From Bigelowiella natans CCMP2755 (Eukaryota; Protista; Cercozoa), in the NCBI GenBank assembly GCA_000320545.1, contig ADNK01000278.1, forward strand, positions 1 to 64,000: DNA of 64,000 nucleotides, given 5' to 3'. Made by a program: the position numbers and the translations under genes. Below the pieces are notes generated by a model that saw only the letters and a list, made by a program, of their open reading frames with translations, did not search any database and was not told where the DNA came from. Below are positions 13,586-28,104 of the stretch, piece after piece. How positions within the stretch are numbered: position 1 is the first letter of the stretch; each line of letters begins with the position of its first letter.

Positions 13586-14203
13586 CACCGAGTCTTCCCT
13601 ATAGCCTTTCAACAGCAACATAAATTTAAACAATGACACAAGGAAGGCACGAATCCTCTGTAGGGTCTTTTATCATACCCGCTGAACACTTACATTTTAA
13701 CTCAGATTTGGCAGAAACTCTTGTGTCGCCACTCACTATTCGGACCTCTTTTTTAAAAAGAGAACCTCGATATTTTGTTTTCGATTTAGCCATACAGCAG
13801 GTCTATTTCTGGATCGCGTGTCACTCGTGTCGGAAGATTTGACCATATTTTGCAATCGAGATCTGAATCTTACAACGAATTCGTGGGCACTTTGTGCTGC
13901 GACATGGCCAAGAAACACGTTTTACCAGTGGTAGGATGTATTCTCAGATCTGCGACAACCATGGACGTATCGGCACAAGTACTTGACCGATTTATTCCTG
14001 AACGAACTTTAGTTCTGTTCCATCCGATAGCTAGCCAAGAAATCCGTCACGCTAGTTCAGCTTTCCTTCCGGTGCCGTACAACGCAAAATGAACACACAG
14101 CAGAAAAGCAGGCCATTCGAATTCACGTTCCAAATTATGCTATATTCCCCTGAATTTTAAGGATACGACAACCCAATCATGACGCTGTTCAATCATTTCC
14201 TTC

Positions 14204-15036
14204 ATGCTTCAAAGAAACAAACAACACAAAACAAGTTCGAGGGAGGGGCAACCACACAAGATGAAGAACAACGAGAAAGAAAAATTCCAGAGAACACTAA
14301 GCCCTTTGCCCTTGTCACCTAAAACCAGGTCCCATCGTCGTGGCTCCACCGGAGGAATCGAAACACCTCCACCCCGATCAACTCGACGAGGGCAAGATTC
14401 TCAAGGTCGCAGACACTCTGCCCCGCAACTAATATATCGTTCACCAGTGGCTTCTCCTCTCTCAAATTTCGCCTTCAAACTAGATAAACATGGTAAAAAA
14501 TAATTGTTATAATTATGACTCCTCATATTTCTAAATTATTTATTTGTTCAATTTTCCACATTCTAGGCAAAATAACGTTGAGTCGGAGCCCACGTTTTAC
14601 CATCATTTCCATAGATGAAAATGAGGGAGAGATTAAGGGCATGAATTTGACTTCTCCCAAAAATGATTCAACTGTCAGTCCTTCCACAAAATCCAGAGAA
14701 CGATCAGAAAAATCTTCGCCGAATAGACCCCCGAGGAAAAGAATGGGTGCTGATTATAGCCTATATGATAAAAAGATACTTTCATCCTTATCATCCTATA
14801 AAGGTCATCAACGAAATCGAAAATCGAATGAGAATTCATTTAAAAGTTGGTGGGGATGTTCTTGTCGGAATTCTCAAATCTTATCAGATGATGACGAAGA
14901 TTTTGATGACCACAATATGAAATCTACAAGTCAATCTGTGTTAGGCGACAATGTTCGCGATGACGAGAATGCGAGCTATGGTGTTGGATACTATGCGGTT
15001 GTACCACCGAAAACGATGCCAGCGACTCCTAGATAA
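14204..15036 (+). CDS. Hypothetical Ser/Arg/Pro-rich, probably disordered protein (2 exons)
   Basis: ORFs 14204..14503 and 14515..15036 join in frame across a GT-AG intron at about 14493-14567 (DKH G|KITLS). Confidence 0.55.
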
Positions 15037-15239
15037 AATTGCAAGCCATGAGAAACGACTAGAACCACAATAAAACGATTAAAAAAGTAGGCATTTCAAC
15101 TAACAAAATTGTAACATGTCACCCAAGCAAAAAAAGTGAATTTGTAAATCATGTGATTTGAACATTTCACATTTTCACACACATACAGACTTAAAGTTCG
15201 AATTATTTTATATAATGTGATAAACGAGAGTGTAGAATG

Positions 15240-16020
15240 ATGCGACAATGATGTGCGCCAGACAATTGAGTCACTCTAGCATTCATGGCGGATAGATCTA
15301 GATGTTCGCAATCTTTAGACCTAGATGGGCATGCTAGCACGTAAAAGCAAACATGAGCTGTTGTGAGCCAGTCACGTCGCTGATTCGTTTCATTTTGGAA
15401 GAGCGCTCCTTTGCTAGCTAGCTAGCTAGCTTCAATTTTGTGTACTCTGCCTGCTACCTGCACGTGCAACTTGTCTAGCTAGCTAGCACTGCTAGACTGG
15501 AGCATTTGGCAACATCCCCAGCTAGCACAGCCACCAAACCATTGCACTCTGCACTCCAGCACTGTCAGGAAACCCAGAAACGCTGGAACGCTAGAACGAT
15601 CATTTTCTAGTTTTGCGTGAGGTCGTCATTCATGATGATCCATTGATTGTCTAGATTGTTCCAGTTCTCATGGTTCTGCACACCTAACTAGCTAACTGAG
15701 CTAGCTAGCTAGACACATGTAGACAGTCTAGACGTGCGCCAAGCTAGCTAGCTAGCGACATCTAGACAAAATGTTTGTGACTAGACGAGGAGAATCTGGA
15801 CATCTCCAACCTGTCTCACTAGCTTGTCTAGCTTGTCACGGAATTTCTAGCGTGCGCGTGCAGCCAGCAGAGCAGCAGAGCAGCAGAGTATCGCTACATC
15901 AATTTAGCGATCATGGCATTTGAAGATCAATCCCAGCTAGTCCATCTAGTGTTGGCAACTCTAGACCTACATTAGAACTGGCATTTTTAGATTCCAGATT
16001 GAGTGTGCATCACATGGATG
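15240..16020. other. CTAG-rich, TpA-purged intergenic tract between convergent genes
   Basis: About 32 CTAG in 780 bp by manual count (about 3 expected at uniform composition). Roughly two thirds of all TA here lie in CTAG. Confidence 0.85.
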
Positions 16021-16196
16021 CGGCTGCCATGTCATGATCATGCATTCATGAGAGCAATCAGTGAATGCGACAAGCATCATAACACATTTTGATCTGAAAT
16101 GAAACACATGAGATTCACAGATTCATCCAACTTCCAATTTAATGTGTACGTATTTGCACTGCCTGCGAGTGCTACCTCGTGCTGCCTACATCGCAT

Positions 16197-19100
16197 TTAT
16201 CTTTTTAACACAACTGGCTTCATCTTCACAATTGGAGGAGCTTCGAACCGTTTTTTGGGTTCCGCCAACAATCTAATCATAATGGACAAAATGACATCAT
16301 TAACACAAGGTGAAAGAAATTTAACGGAAACAATTCTTACTTCAGAAGTTGCTGACAAGAGTTCATTAGCTCTAAGAATCGCATTTCTACGCGTTGCACT
16401 GGTTATTCCCAGAACAGAAAGAAAATTATTGGCTGAACCAGATAAGCTCTACCTAATTTACCTATAGGTCTAGATTTCGATTCTGTAGCAGTGTTGGAGC
16501 TCGAAACGGTCAGTTTTGCTCCCGCAGTTGCTCCTAACATCTTAAATTAACAACCAACAAAATTTCAAAAGTAAATCTTTGGTTTAACGTAAAACCTTAA
16601 TTTGATATGAACCTTAATTTGCTCAGCGTTCACTGCAGCAATGTCTCGTTTGAATTTCCTTTGAACCTATTGTTATGAAGTATCCTATTGGTTATGAATT
16701 AAGGGTACATTCAATTACAATAATAAAGACCCTATCTAGAGTAAGTTCAAGCGCTTCCATTGCTAGATTTTTCCTCTTCAGTTGTTCACGGACACTTAAC
16801 TCAGACTGGATATGAGAACAAGAGCGCCTTTAATTTTGAAATACAATGTATTTAAAGTTGAAGTAGTAACTATTGGTCTCTTGAAGAATGGATTCTCAAG
16901 CACAGGTGTGTTTAAATCCCAATCACTTCCGTAGACAGTTGGTTGCTTGTCTCCATTCTTTAATTCCTCATTAGAAGGGACCTCGTTCATATCCCGCTTG
17001 ACTACCCTAGAGAGCTGAGCAAGGAATGGAATCCGATTGTTTTGATTTCTTTTCTTACTTCGATCGAGATTCCGCTTAGCTGTTGGATTTCCTATGGATA
17101 AAAATTTACTAATTTTATCACTGCAAGAAATATTAATATATTAGTTATTGACCTAATTTGGCAGCTTCTTTCCAGTAACTAAAATTAACACAAAATTAGG
17201 AGAGGCTTTTGAATAAATATGTTGGAGACCTTATGGCTTTCGCGGAATCCTTAGGTGTCCCAGTGCCATTGAAATAGCAAACGCCTGGATTATGGACTGT
17301 AAACTGTTTGATATAGATTAATACTAAGGATATTGACCTAGGTTGGTCAATGCAGCTGCGTCGCCCATCTTTGCAGCCTACCCAAAACATCGTTCGATAG
17401 ATTATGTTTGTGATATATTTGATCTTCGTACCTTTTCATAGAGTTCAATAGCTTTCTTGAAGTCTTTCTCGCAGCCCATTCCCTTTTTGTAACATACTCC
17501 AAGGTTGCATATATCCGTGGGATTTCCTGGAAGGAGAGATTAGGATACATTCCACAAACTCCTAGCGAATAGTTGTCACCTATTTCAGCTGCCTTTTTGA
17601 AATATTCGAAAGCTTTTTTCTGTTCATTATCAAGAGCTTAGAATGCATATGGTGGCATCTTACCTTCCAGTGTATACCTGGTTTTTGTCCACACCAACAC
17701 CTTTCGCATAACATACTGCGAGACTGGACATGGCCATTGCATCCCCTGTTGAATCCAGTTGTTCAAGAACTCCACTGAACATAACTACCAACATACTACC
17801 TAACATAGCAGCTCTGTGGTAATACTTGATCCCTTTAGTTGTATCTTTGTCTACACCAATTCCCTTCATGTAACACCTTGATATTTATAAAAGAGCGTTC
17901 TTGGCACTAGCCTTATGTAATTAAAACTGATCCAACCAAAACTTTCAAAATGTTACCAGCCGAGTTTTTGATTTCCCACAGGATCCCCCAGGTTTGCGCT
18001 TTGCCGAAATAGTCCAAATGCCTAATGTGTAAGTGAAATCAACATTTATCCAACAAAGATGATCTTTATTCATCTCCAACAAAGATGATCTTTACTCAAT
18101 GTACCTGTTGATTATATGTACTTTTCCCGCTGGATGAGACCTAACATAATTATACTTCGAGATCACAATGAGAAAGAGATTTAGATACATGCTTATTTTA
18201 TGCGCAGCACAGCGGGCATTAGAGAAAAAAAGGTCATTAACCTCAATACGTACCACACATTTTGCCAGGTCACTGTACGCAGCAGCGTTTCCTGCATGAT
18301 ACCAAGATATTACCAAGTGGATGCATACCAGCAAGTTATCCAAACCATTTCCTGCTGCCTTTTTGTATTGAGCTATTGCCTTCCTCATATTAGCTTCTAC
18401 ACCGATGCCTATGTGAAGTATACCAAGGATAATGACGGATAATACCAAGAAACACCAATGCACGGGCTACCCTTTTCATAGCAGAATCCAACTCCCCGAA
18501 CTCCTTCCAGACTACCCCTTCAAGATAATAAAAACGATCAGATACGGACTGAGGGTAGATAATACGATAAACAATTTTTTCATTGCCCTGTTGAACCATT
18601 TCCATGCTTCTTTTTCATCCTCTTCTGTTCCAATTCCCAAAGCATAACACCACGCGAGCTTAGCAATTCCATCGGGGAGACCAACTTTCTTTGACTGAGA
18701 TAACAATAGGCAGCGCACTTGAAAATTAAAATAATAGAAACTTAAAAAATTATGCTACTTTTTGATAGTATTCGAAGGCTCTTTCCCCATCTTTTTCGAC
18801 CCCTTTAGCTTGTTCGTAGCATTCACCTGTAATATTTTGTTTGTGAAGATGGGAGTTCGACTTTATCTTGAGATATTCATCAAAAGAATTATCACCAATT
18901 CTTAGCATTGCTCGAGGGTCTCCTCTTTCTGCAGCCTGGAATAGACATACTACTTTTGAAATCAAGTTTCGTCTGCAAATCGCTTGAACGTATTACCAAC
19001 TGGTATGTGGTAAATGCCATTGATAGATCCCTTCTGATTCCGACCTGGAGGGAAAAGTCCAAACAACATATTAATGTCTTGCTCTACCCTTCTTAGTGAT

Positions 19101-22100
19101 CTTCCGACCCCGCGCTCGTAGCAGTCACCCAGAGCTAACATGCTGCCGATAGAGCCTAATTTTACTGCTTTCGAGAATAGTCTGACAGCATTTTCGGGAT
19201 CCTAGTATGTTGGTATGTTATTGGCTTTTAGTAACAATTTAGAAAAACGATATTTGTTTTACTCCATACTTGGGCTACTCCTGTTCCGTTCATAAAGCAT
19301 CGGCCTGAATGCATTTAAAATGTCTCACAGTTACCACTTTCTAGCTCAACAACAGTTCAGATACCAAGCCTCAGGAATGACTCCGCATCACCTGTGAAAC
19401 CATTTTTCATAAATACAAACATATGGGGTCCTTTTGTTGTTGTACTTCCTTACCAAGATGAGCAGCCTCTGTGTATAACTCGACAGCTCTTCCATAATCC
19501 TTCGCAGTCTACAAAGACCAACTAAGTTTTATTGAATCTATTGTCGCTGGTTGGTTGAGGATTACCCCTTTTCCATTGTAGTAACACTTCGCAAGATAGT
19601 ATTTACCGGTAGGATCACCCATGCTTGCTGCCTGGAAAAGATTAGAAATTCTGTCTTACACCTATCTATCTTCCAGCTTTCCGCTGTGATCAACGATTAC
19701 TCTTTTGAATAGTAAAAAGGCTCTCTTCACATCCTTCGCCGATAGGAAACATTTACCCAAGTATGTGAATGCTGCATACCATGAAGTTAGTTATCGGAAT
19801 AACGGTACTAGTGTCTCAAGAGATGTAACCGGCAGCATGCCCTCCTTCTGCAGCCTTTTCATAGTAACGCACAGCTTTCTTTTCGTTAATTTTGGTTCCG
19901 ATCCCTTGCGTGGACAGAGTGTCAGAGATAAACAAGCCCAACGATGCTGATGCATGACAATTCCGGGAAAAGCTTACCATGATGATAACAGTATCCCAGT
20001 CCACAAAGTGCAGCAACATTCTGCAACAAAGCAAAATAACAGTAGTTGCAAAGATGAGGTATTAAAAAGAAGCTTGACACACACTATTCCAAAACCAATA
20101 CGAACAGACTGTATGTTATACCTTATCTTCGCTCTCTTCCTTAAACATTCGAACCGCTGGAAGATCATTACAATAGAGAACGATGAAATATGAAGGTCAC
20201 ATTAACCACTTATATTCTTCACAAGAGAGATTTCTACAATACCGATGTCTTGGTCGCGAATTACTCCTTCTCCCTTTGCGTAGCACCTTAACAATAGCCA
20301 GATAAATTATGTGTGAATGATGAAATCAAATTCGTTTTGAGCTTTACACTACCATGCGAGCCTGACTCGAGCGTCGGAGTGGCTGGGGTCAAAGAAAAAA
20401 ACATCTCTGTGTCTGTTTGCCCGTGTACACATGAATCTTGTGTGACAAAGTTTTCATGTGTAGTGAGAGTAACCCTTGCAGGGATGCCTTTTGGTAAAGC
20501 TCCACAGCTCTTGATGTATCTTTCTCTAAACCAATGCCTATGAGATTGGAATGGTATAACATTTCTGCCGCAGGACAAGGCTTTCGTTTAGTTTCTGACC
20601 AAGCCGATAGCAGTTAGCAAGCTCCGTAATTGCATTCAGGTCTTCTTCAAGGGGTTTGCTCTGATAAGGTATGAACTCAGAAATGCTGCATGCTCCAGAC
20701 ACATATACTCACAAAATTCCCCGAAATTGTAGTCTACCTGGTAGATTTCAACGGCCTTTGCAGGATCACGTCGGACGCCTTCAAATAGAAACTAAGTTGA
20801 AAGGAGTTTTTATTCCCAAAATATGTCTGTTCCTTGTACCCTTTCCGAGAATATAACACTTAGCCAACGAAAGGAGCGCTTCTGCATTACCCATGGCAGC
20901 TTTCTGTAGCATGTGATTCAGTTCAGTCTCTAGCCACATCTAGGCCATGGAGTGAACGATGTTAATGTAAAACCTTTTCGTATGCCTTAACCACTTTTGC
21001 AGCAGCTTTTTCGTACTTCTCAACAGCCTAACCAAGAACATTTCTGAAACAAATGATCGCCTTGATGAAAATCTTCACCCTTTCCATTTTTTCGGGATGC
21101 TCTTTCATATCTTTTATCTCGGCCGCAGCCTTTGCCTTAGCTTTTTTCAAGGGATCTATTAATAAATGCATGAAAATAAAAAGTGCCCTCGTCAATAGAT
21201 CAGGGGAATGACGCACCTCCAAGCATTTTCAGGGCCTTTTCTCCCTTGCGTCGCGTTATATCCGCAGCTGTCAATCCTTGTATTTGTACATTTTCTTGGA
21301 CGTTAGACTGAATCATATTTTTGCATTCCATAATAGAGACCTTGATTGTCTCTAATCTTCAAGTTTGCCCCAGCTTTCACCAGGATCTCTGCCATTCTCT
21401 GATTTTGGACTATGGCAAACATTAAATCACAAGGGATTCAAGCGAATTATCAATTACTTGGGAATAACCTCTCGAAGCGAGTATTAATGGTGTAGCCCCA
21501 GTCTCATCCTACGAATTATTGCAATTACTTACATTTGTTGTAGATTACTACATGAAATATACTACCTGAGAATTGATGTTTGCCCCTTTTAATATAAGAT
21601 ACTTGACAATCTCCTCCCTGCCACAGAGAACTCCCTTTGTGTACAAAGAAACACTCGATGATATTCTTATGCGATTAAAGTTGGGCAATACCGTCATTAT
21701 AGGTGTTTGTTGCTCGGGGTTTCTGGACTCAATGTCTGCATCAACGTCTATTAGTCTTCGTACAATAAGCAACGAGCCCCCGACAGTCTGTAGGTATTTG
21801 TCGTCATTCCTACATTTCTATAGAAAATGGATGGAGATAAAACACTATTTTTGGTTAGCTTACCGCATCATGAATAAGATAGGTGTATGGTTTCAGAAGG
21901 AGGTGCCGAGAACTATCCAGAAATGTCCTAAATAGCCGAACAAAGTCTGTACATAAAACTCTGATAAAGAATCTCCTCTCACCCTTCGTCGCCTTTCTTT
22001 ATCGCAATCACTAAGTTCTGATGCAACGTAAAAAATGAATTCTTTCAGACTCTTCTCAGGAAGAATCGCTGGGAAAAGTCGTGATGTACATGAATATGCT

Positions 22101-25100
22101 CCTTTTTTGACTCGGTTGCCTCGGACACCAATTCTGTTTCAATCTAATGTAACAGGCTCAGGTTAAAATACAATGCGGATTATGAAATATTCTTCAGTAT
22201 ATCATATCTCAACCAACGCAGTGGCCATTATGCTTCTTCGACGACGGTCTTCCTTGGATGCTGGAACGAAATAATTAACTCAGTCAACGAAGAACTGCAT
22301 CTGATTCTCATCCTTGCTACCAATCACTTCATTTCTTGCTTCTGTATGGTTGCTCTTGATCTCACTTTCAACCTACAAGATGCAGCACAGTATTTAGAAT
22401 AATTGGATAATATGTATAGGTATCAATCGCTCCCTACCAATTTGGATGCTGACTTCACCTAAGAAAATGAAACATTTAGACTGGCTTTTATTTTGTCCAT
22501 ATAGGCTTTCATATTACTACCGTTTTGTTTGCAGGGGAAGTATCTGTGCTGTTCTTGCCACTTCGGATGGCACGAGGGGAGTCAAATGTTCCTGAAAACA
22601 AACGAAAGGATTGACAGTCATGAATTTGTCGAAGAATTTGATAAAATGGGGATAAAAATTTACCGTTTCCAGGCTGTAATGTCGGACCCGTTCCTGTTTC
22701 AGGTTTTAAATTTTCAACCTTCATAAAATATTGCGCTATTGTTATATCACCTTTACTCTCGTCATTACTATCCGAATGATCTACATCAATGCTGGACATT
22801 GAGTTCGAACGAGAATGCAAAGGCGAAACTAGAGCCTGAAATGTACACCATCAAAATACATCTAGGATCCTCTCACTGATACATCACCAAGGAATTCTGC
22901 TTAAGTATCTGGGGAGGGTTGGTCCTTCGCAGCCTTTGGAGGGATGCAGCACTAGTTGCAAAACATATTTTCAGATTAATTGAGTGTAAGAAAAGGGATC
23001 CACCTTGGGCTGTCACTGCCTGGTCTCCAGATTTCCTTTGTTTAAATAAAATCCTCTGTCAGTCTCGCCATTTACATGAAGCAAAGTATAGTGATATACA
23101 CTTACCGCGTTGCCGTCTACGCTGCTATTACCATTTTCATCGGCTAAAGTAATGTCCATGCTTCCTCCGGGGGTACGATAGTCGACACCTGAACGAAAAT
23201 TAAGAAGTTCACTCTACTCCTCAAAGTCAATGTTATAGATTACCTAACGAACCCACTGTCGTAATGCTATGGTTATCTTCTTCATATTCCCCGCCTTCTG
23301 CCTTGACCGAGAGATTTTCTGTCTTCTCATCTATGTCAAGAAGCATAGCTCAGCAAGGAAAGATACAGTCGAGGTCAGTCGCATACCAATCTCCTCCTCA
23401 ATAATAGGCTTGTCATCGGAATCTCTCTACCAAAAGTGATGATGAGAAACACTCAAAAAATGATCGCCATTTTTCCCTACCATTGCTGAGTATGAAGTTC
23501 CTGGACGGTCCGATCCCGAGGTTCCCGGACGTGCATCGCTTGCAATAGCGCCGTTTGCCGAAAGAATCGCAAGGTGTTCTTAAGGACAAGTTTTCTTTTT
23601 ATGCAATTGACATTTATGCGAATGCATTTCGGCTCTCATTACCCAGTTGCTCTTTTGACAGCTGCCCACCCTTTGTTAGTGCATTCTGTAACTCCTTTAT
23701 TGCCTAGATGGTAAGGTACTAATTCGCCTCAGTTGAAAGGTTTAGTTCAGGTTTTATACTACTTTATCCTTCTTTGAGATGACTTCTTTTAGCTGCTTAA
23801 CCAATTCCCTATACTGTTCCAGTGTCAACACTTCGTTCACCTTTGCCGGATGAAAATATAAATGATCAATTTGCTTGGGGAGGTGGAACAGAAACACAAT
23901 ACCATAGCTTTGTTTTTAACCGACTTTGCTCGAGTTGCGAATCGCAGTGTCGAAATAGTTTCTTTGATGTCACTAATATGAAAGTTATATTCGCTAAGTA
24001 AAGCATCTTGTAATTGAATATTTTACCTTCCATCTGGGGAGCAGCACACGACAAGTACGGTTTTTGAGTTCCCTCCCAAGGCATCCTAAGAGTAATCTTA
24101 TCACAACTCTGGGCTAGATTACTCATTGAATGCTACTATTCTAGAAAACTTAAACACTTTCAATAGCCTTGTGAGAGTAGAATCTCGAAATGGTACGTGT
24201 TTGTTCTTCTTAACCAGCGCCTTTATGCAATTTCCTATCGAAATTTAATAAGTTTGAGACCTCTACATGATACCAACAAAATTTGATGAAAACCTAAAGC
24301 TGAAAGAGATTTATTAATTGCCTTTGCCTCGTCGAAACTCTGCCCTTTAGCATTTGTCCTTTTTTGTGATTCACTCCCTGCAAGGTCGGCGAGATTCAAA
24401 GTGCCCTGAATATTCAATTTTTCAGCATCTAATTCCGAAAAACAAAATGAGTTCTGACCTCTAGCTGTGTTCCATTCGATAGTTTCTGAAGTCAATACAA
24501 TAAATTTTTTATTTGGATTGTCGTGTTAATTAGGATTTGAACACCTGGATAAGATTGATGATAAGAACGCTATGGGATCTCGAGGATTTGTCGTTCATGT
24601 CTGTCTTGTTGACCTATAACAGAATTGGAATTATTCAAATGCTTCCCATCCAAAGCGAAGTGTGAAAGATGCCTTTCTGTGCTTGCCGCCTTCGTTAATG
24701 ATTTTATATATTTCTTCTGGCTTGCTGCAGTACTCTTCTTTAGCACCCTTTAATCAAGTATTATAATGTGATCCAAAAATTAAGACTAGTTCTGAATATC
24801 ACCTGGATATACGTTGGACCACTGGGACGCATTCTCAATCTTAATGCAGGCCCTTTAGGGTTCAAAAGATCAAGCAACTTTTCCTATTATAGACTACATT
24901 TAGAACAGTAACTCGCCAATTCGTGTTCGTTTTGCACCTGATAAATCTCTACGAAGGAACACTTAATAAAAACTTGCTCTACTTCAGCCTGACATAATAT
25001 TTACGCATTCAAGACAGATATTGGTAGAAGAAAATGAAATATGGATGCCTTCGCATGAGTAACTGCAGCGAATAGTGCCTCTGCGCAACGAGGTATGATT

Positions 25101-25664
25101 CCTTTGTTGGTGTTTCGTGATAAATCCCCGAACATAGTGAAAGTCTTGCCACTTCCTGAATAGCATAGGTATGTAATCTCTCGCAACTAGTCTTCTACTG
25201 TCCCCACCTGTCTGTCCATAAGCAAATATTGTTCCGTTATATCCGCGCACAACATCTTTCACGGTATCCTTGGCGACCTAGCAAATTTAGAGAAATTGAG
25301 AGAATTCTTTTGGATCTAAGATAATTTTGAATTACAGCATCGAACATCTGCTCCTGTGTGCTACCTACAATCGTATAAGTAATGTAATTGATATTTAGGA
25401 TTAAATCATTTGTTGATGATATTCTGGAGCACCAGGAGCAAAAATGCGGTCAAGATTAAATCGCCGATCTTCTAGATTTCTGATATAGGATAGAGAGAAA
25501 GAGCTGAGGTATAGTCGTTTTAGAAGTAGCAATGGCACATTTGTCATACCCCCCGTCAGACACTAAAACAGACTTCCCATCTGGACAAAACTTTATGCCA
25601 ATTCCCTGCGACATGAAATTTTGTCTTAATTATGACAAATTATGTTTCTTTGATTTATATTTGT

Positions 25665-25710
<46 letters not shown>

Positions 25711-25980
25711 ACATACACACATACACACACAGGCTCTAGGCTTGTATGTGCATGTGTGGTTACACGTGTGTCCATGCATGCATGTGTGTGCCGAAAACGT
25801 TGATATCGTGAACCATACCGAGCCCTTTTTTTCATTATTCGAGTCTGCTCTATGGCCAATTTGATTAGCAGAGGGGCGAAATCTGAGAAATGTGGAGAAA
25901 ACCATGTGAAAATTTAACAAATAGACACAAACGGACATTGTGCACCTGGCCAAAACTTTTACGTTTGTTCCACCACTCAT
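16197..25980 (-). CDS. Kinesin motor (kinesin-1-like) fused to ankyrin repeats and many Sel1-like repeats; highly fragmented into short exons
   Basis: [15 protein letters not shown]; [19 protein letters not shown]; MNDKSSRSH; LADLAGSE; INKSLSALG; HVPFRDS; LGGNSKT; ETISTLRFA. Linker exons 23846-22100 stay in frame. Ankyrins [27 protein letters not shown] and GATPLILAS. Sel1 repeats e.g. [66 protein letters not shown]. Confidence 0.85.
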
Positions 25981-26745
25981 TGTTTTTCTTGTATCCAGAA
26001 ATGCAACAAATCCTCTCAAGTCAATTCTGATTTTGTTAGAATGATGGTATTCGAAGAACCATATATATGATGTCACTTCAACGTGGTGCGCTGGACCTGA
26101 CACAACTTGTTGTGGGGTTTAAGAACTAAAAGATGCATCGGTACGAAATGAACGTTTGCGTTGCAAACCAATGTGACAAACATGGCAATGGATCATCTGT
26201 CGTAGGTTTAGAATGCACAGTCAGATGTAAAAAAAAAAATCTGAAATGTGCAAGCGTCAGGCCTGACTGTGCAAATTCTCACATCTAAAGGATCTCTGAG
26301 GCACAGCAGCGTCGGAGACCGTTTTGCGCTGAAGGTGTGATGTGGGTATCAAGTACCGAGATGTGAACGCTGTCGCGCATCTGAATTCCCTGTGTTTCGT
26401 ACTGCGATTTCACTTGAAATCGCCTGGATCAATGGGAAAATAGGTTCCGAATAGTGAGCCAATAAGCTTGATCCAACATGTCGTACAACCAAAGTTGCCC
26501 CAGGTATGAGTATTCTGGAAAGCTCATCACCTTCCAGCCTTCCATCTGAAAGAATACTAATTCTATATTCATTGTATTATTTTAGGTGGAATCGCCAGAA
26601 ATTTTATGGTTGGCTGCATAGAACCAGTAACAAGTAGTGACGGGTACTTACTGCTGTCAAAGTTTGGAAGATCAGCGGGTAGAATTAGGCGAAATTAGCG
26701 GGAAAAAAGACACAATAAACAGTTCGCTTAATAATATTTCGGCAG

Positions 26746-28104
26746 ATTTTTCAAAAAATGAAGGCTGACAGACTGGTGAGGAGGGGGGACGTGTAAGAAG
26801 AGTGAGTGATGTGGGACAGGATATATGCTAGAGAACATGATATGGAAGAACACCTAGTTGAAGCCAATAAAATTTCATGGGGGTTGGGGTTAGATAGAAT
26901 GTTAGAATCAGGCTTGGGGGAGAGATGTAGGTGTTAAGAGGAGGAGAATTTAACCCTAGGTGGGAAATGTATGTAATAAGGATACCATTTGTGGGTTCCC
27001 AGGTGTTATTTGGGGTCCTACTGGTCTCCACACTGGCTCAGGTTCTTGTATTTGAAGTCATTCAAAACGCAATCCTTTAAAGTAGTTCTTATTTTTTCCA
27101 AAGGATGTGTCGGTGGCCGGTAGGCTGGCGAACAAGTTAAAGGAAGTGACAGAAGGCGCAGCTTCAAGACATTCCAACACCATCTCAATCGAGAAAACAT
27201 CTATGAATATCCCTACTACTTTTACTACTACCCACGTGAAGTATAAAGCAAATTCACCCGAAAATTTAGTGAAGTTTATGGAACAGATCAAGGTTGTCAA
27301 CTCTTTTAAAATTAAAACACCTGATGATGATGCAGCAGCAGCAGCAGTAGCCTGAAGTTGATGTAAGTAGTACTTATATCATACACTTGCTCAGAAAATA
27401 GACAGTAAGAAGACTCAGAAAGTAGACAGTAAGAAGACTGATCAAGAGCAGGTGCAACTTCAAGCTGAGCCGGTACTAGCTATTAACATATATTCAAATA
27501 ATCTTTGTGCTTTCTTCTGACAACGCTAGCTGCTTTGCTTTAGATTACGGAAACGATCGCCGATCACCAATTTGCCGCTCCAGACTTTCATGATCCCTAC
27601 GCTCTTGCAAATGTAAGGGGATTTCACAAATTAGTCGGTAGTGAGAATTTGCCGTCGTCATCATCATCATCATCCTATGTTGTTCGTTCAGTTGATAGGG
27701 ATCCTTATGCTAACCGTGGTGGTGGTAGCAGTTGCTGCATGGTACATATCAAGGAAGTAAGTAGCCTTTCCGCTAATGAATCAACGCAACTTTCTCTGTC
27801 TCTTTCCAGGAGAGTTCCAATGAGAGCATTCGTATTCATCTGCTTACAGGTTGCAGGAATTTACGGAGGAGACAATTCGAATTAACTGCAAAAAAGATAA
27901 CATCTTCAAAACAAGTTCTTCAGATATTGTTCCAGAAAAGTAATATAGGAAGAGAGAGAGATGCGCACAAAATCATGATCTCACTAGTAAATCCAAATGA
28001 CTAGAATACTGACTTTCAGGACAAAAAATCATAGCCGAGCAAAGTCAAGACGCGCGCACAAAGGCTCTCTTCCAGTCGTGCCAGAAGCTGGTGAATCAGT
28101 TTGA
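26746..28104 (+). CDS. Hypothetical single-pass membrane protein (5' end unresolved)
   Basis: Micro-exons join in frame: ...DVSVAGRLANKLKEV...FMEQIK|PEVD|VQLQAEP|ITETIADHQFAAPDFHDPYALAN|GILMLTVVVVAVAAWYISRK (TM)...VPEAGESV*. Confidence 0.5.
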
